Shown: positions 63,401 to 64,000 of the stretch, piece after piece
How the letters are laid out: every line of letters starts with the position of its first letter
How positions within the stretch are numbered: position 1 is the stretch's first letter
NCBI GenBank assembly: GCA_016192945.1
Contig: JACPTE010000034.1
Location: 956 to 64,955 of the forward strand
Direction: 5' to 3'
DNA length: 64,000 nt
Source: Candidatus Woesearchaeota archaeon
Lineage (GTDB): Archaea; Nanobdellota; Nanobdellia; Woesearchaeales; UBA10216
The notes under the pieces: generated by a model
Database searches by the model: none
Told to the model about the DNA's origin: nothing
The model's input: the letters and a program-made list of their open reading frames with translations, nothing else
Position numbers and translations under genes: made by a program

Positions 63401-64000
63401 ACAAGGAGGCTCGGATTGGGCGTCATGGGAATTGCAGACATGCTTAATCAGCTGGGGATTGGCTATGACAGCGAGGAAGGCATCAAGATACTGGAAGATA
63501 CAGCAAGGCTTGTTGCAAACACAGCCTATGCTGCATCAGCAGGCCTTGCAGAGGAAAAGGGAGCTTCTCCCATATTTGATTATGAGGCATACAGCAAGGG
63601 AAGATTCTTCCAGGAAAGCCTTTCTGAGGAAACAAGGGAAACAATACGAAAGAAGGGACTGAGAAACATTGCAATCCTTTCAATAGCCCCTACAGGAACA
63701 ATATCCAGCATTGTCCTGGGCTACCGGGTTGGCAGCAGGAACTTCATCGGAGTCAGCGGCGGAATAGAGCCTATTTTTGCGCTTTACTACACCAGAAGGT
63801 CAGAATCTTTTGGAAACCAGCTTTTCAAGGTGTTCCATTCAACACTGGATGCATACATACAGCAACACAGCCTGGCTGATGTTGCACAGAGGACATCCAG
63901 CATTGATGAGCTGAAAAAAGTCCTTCCAGGGCACTTCTTCAGGACAGCCCACTTCATCAACCCTTCAAGAAGGGTAATTATCCAGGGAATATGGCAGAAA
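60434..64000 (+). CDS. nrdJ: class II (adenosylcobalamin-dependent, NrdJ-type) ribonucleoside reductase with N-terminal ATP-cone, interrupted by an intein; 3' end beyond the window
   Basis: Frame open from ATG 60434 to the window end, absent from the track because it has no in-window stop. ATP-cone (LIRKRDGQVVRFEKEKIVSAIFRA); catalytic-site context STNP|C...HN|CGEVPLEDGGACNLGSVNL; downstream class II core. Confidence 0.8.
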   Translation, partial: MGFALIRKRDGQVVRFEKEKIVSAIFRAVKAVGGSDKKMASRLADQVVIQLEKDAKKGDIPGVEEVQDSVEKVLIESGHAKTAKAYILYRAKRAELRQAALDAAQLGDEEKIALLDMFAHKSKLASKIGYDRLEAYKNLLFYLKEQQMEGKLPVHTGDYLEGNELATNIYQKKYYLKDLSNKLIEKRPEDVFSRMAAFMAAVEPTEEKQREWASRFYSSLYEGHFLPGGRVIAGAGDLYRLKTMANCFVSLIAEDNIESIYKAAYECARTYSYGGGIGVDISVLRPKDSVVHNAADSSTGSVSFMELFSLTTGLIGQSGRRGALMLTIDIKNPDSPLFVNVKKTPNWVTNQIVEQCKWSGLFNDSQLREIQRQVRENTQVRFANISLKVSDEFMQAVEEQNKHGSGKLLLYLKDRDVSGLGSIQGGTVHYSFNMPSKPIEKYSLLKAFSSISELNGFLAENGIAELPEKDLSDPSKRDVFGDFVIHKSSDFDFAIKYSGDFMLYYNSRETGEIKRLVKARKLWNSFIEGNYKTAEPGLIFWTTMTKYSPSNYVGRPIASTNPCVAADSMVPTENGLERIDSIKAENILVDRRTMVSESGLLEIQQGCEFVKLSSRMKTGFKDCYKIETKSGYEVTATPDHKILTSEGWREVSEITEKEYLLLQSGTGKFSRERKLPFDVNNEIVGKNGRKYRLNLPSEWSRELGMLLGWAVGDGFYSEKYNKAGVQVRSSSKYVVQFLKNLGLKQSHEEREVPSAIFTAPEDAVMGFLEGLFSSDGTIGLSGKGRRYIRLNSSSLKLLKQVQLLLLNLGMRSSIYDRSTVSKTFRYVNKQGELIKYRTSGENYELNISKANAKRFIEKIIFMQERNREKTGIMASHEFYRETFLDKVKSKEFVGKKEVWDITEPTTHSFIANGIVVHNCGEVPLEDGGACNLGSVNLSRFVKNGYTDKAEIDWAGIRQATELVTRFLDNVVLWNEILNPLEKQRRAAYETRRLGLGVMGIADMLNQLGIGYDSEEGIKILEDTARLVANTAYAASAGLAEEKGASPIFDYEAYSKGRFFQESLSEETRETIRKKGLRNIAILSIAPTGTISSIVLGYRVGSRNFIGVSGGIEPIFALYYTRRSESFGNQLFKVFHSTLDAYIQQHSLADVAQRTSSIDELKKVLPGHFFRTAHFINPSRRVIIQGIWQK
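62120..63187 (+). other. intein (356 aa) with LAGLIDADG homing-endonuclease domain inside the RNR catalytic site
   Basis: Starts with Cys after STNP and ends IVVHN before Cys+1 (CGE); LAGLIDADG blocks LLGWAVGDGFY and MGFLEGLFSSDGTI; extein junction restores the NPCGE motif. Confidence 0.75.

Noticed and set aside
1-64000. Looked for CRISPR arrays, rRNA and tRNA genes in all intergenic regions (1-204, 2381-2518, 21551-21766, 29061-29329, 39180-39523, 49524-49820, 55925-56221, 60244-60433)
   Set aside because: No direct-repeat/spacer periodicity, no GC-rich cloverleaf-like segments and no rRNA-like conserved blocks; the mobile element is therefore not tRNA-associated.

Overview
Archaeal chromosomal window, about 45-48% GC, with several AT-rich patches. 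Promoters are TATA-box and leaderless in style, and the ribosomal proteins are archaeal/eukaryotic-type (L14e, L34e, L19e, L32e, S4e, SUI1). Left to right the window holds: an AT-rich small membrane protein gene; acs divergent from a TrmB-family regulator; a beta-carbonic-anhydrase-like gene; pheS-pheT; and a ~14 kb minus-strand ribosomal superoperon running L3-L4-L23-L2-S19-L22-S3-L29-SUI1-S17-L14-L24-S4e-L5-S14-S8-L6-L32e-L19e-L18-S5-L30-L15-secY-DUF106-L34e-L14e. Next come an MFS transporter; PriS primase divergent from a small Toprim protein; HtpX; Hef helicase/nuclease; and an M50 protease. A ~3.3 kb IS6-type mobile element follows, with 13-bp terminal inverted repeats, an 8-bp target-site duplication, a frameshifted transposase, and cargo genes (AbrB-like, VRR-NUC nuclease, zinc-ribbon proteins). 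Downstream is a ~17 kb minus-strand aromatic amino acid superoperon: aroG-aroB-chorismate mutase-aroD/E fusion-aroA-aroK-aroC-tyrA-pheA-tktN-tktC, then trpEGDCBA-trpS. The remainder holds a presenilin-like protease; TraB; ScpA-like/ScpB; an AT-rich divergent MetK-like gene with a tandem Lrp regulator and an AbrB-PhoU protein; gyrA; a THUMP RNA methyltransferase; UspA; and a class II ribonucleotide reductase (ATP-cone) interrupted by a 356-aa LAGLIDADG intein. The RNR ORF runs off the window end and is absent from the ORF track. No rRNA, tRNA or CRISPR array was found. The most unusual signals are the IS6-type transposon with cargo and an operator-like repeat array, the degenerate MetK-like gene, and the intein-containing RNR.
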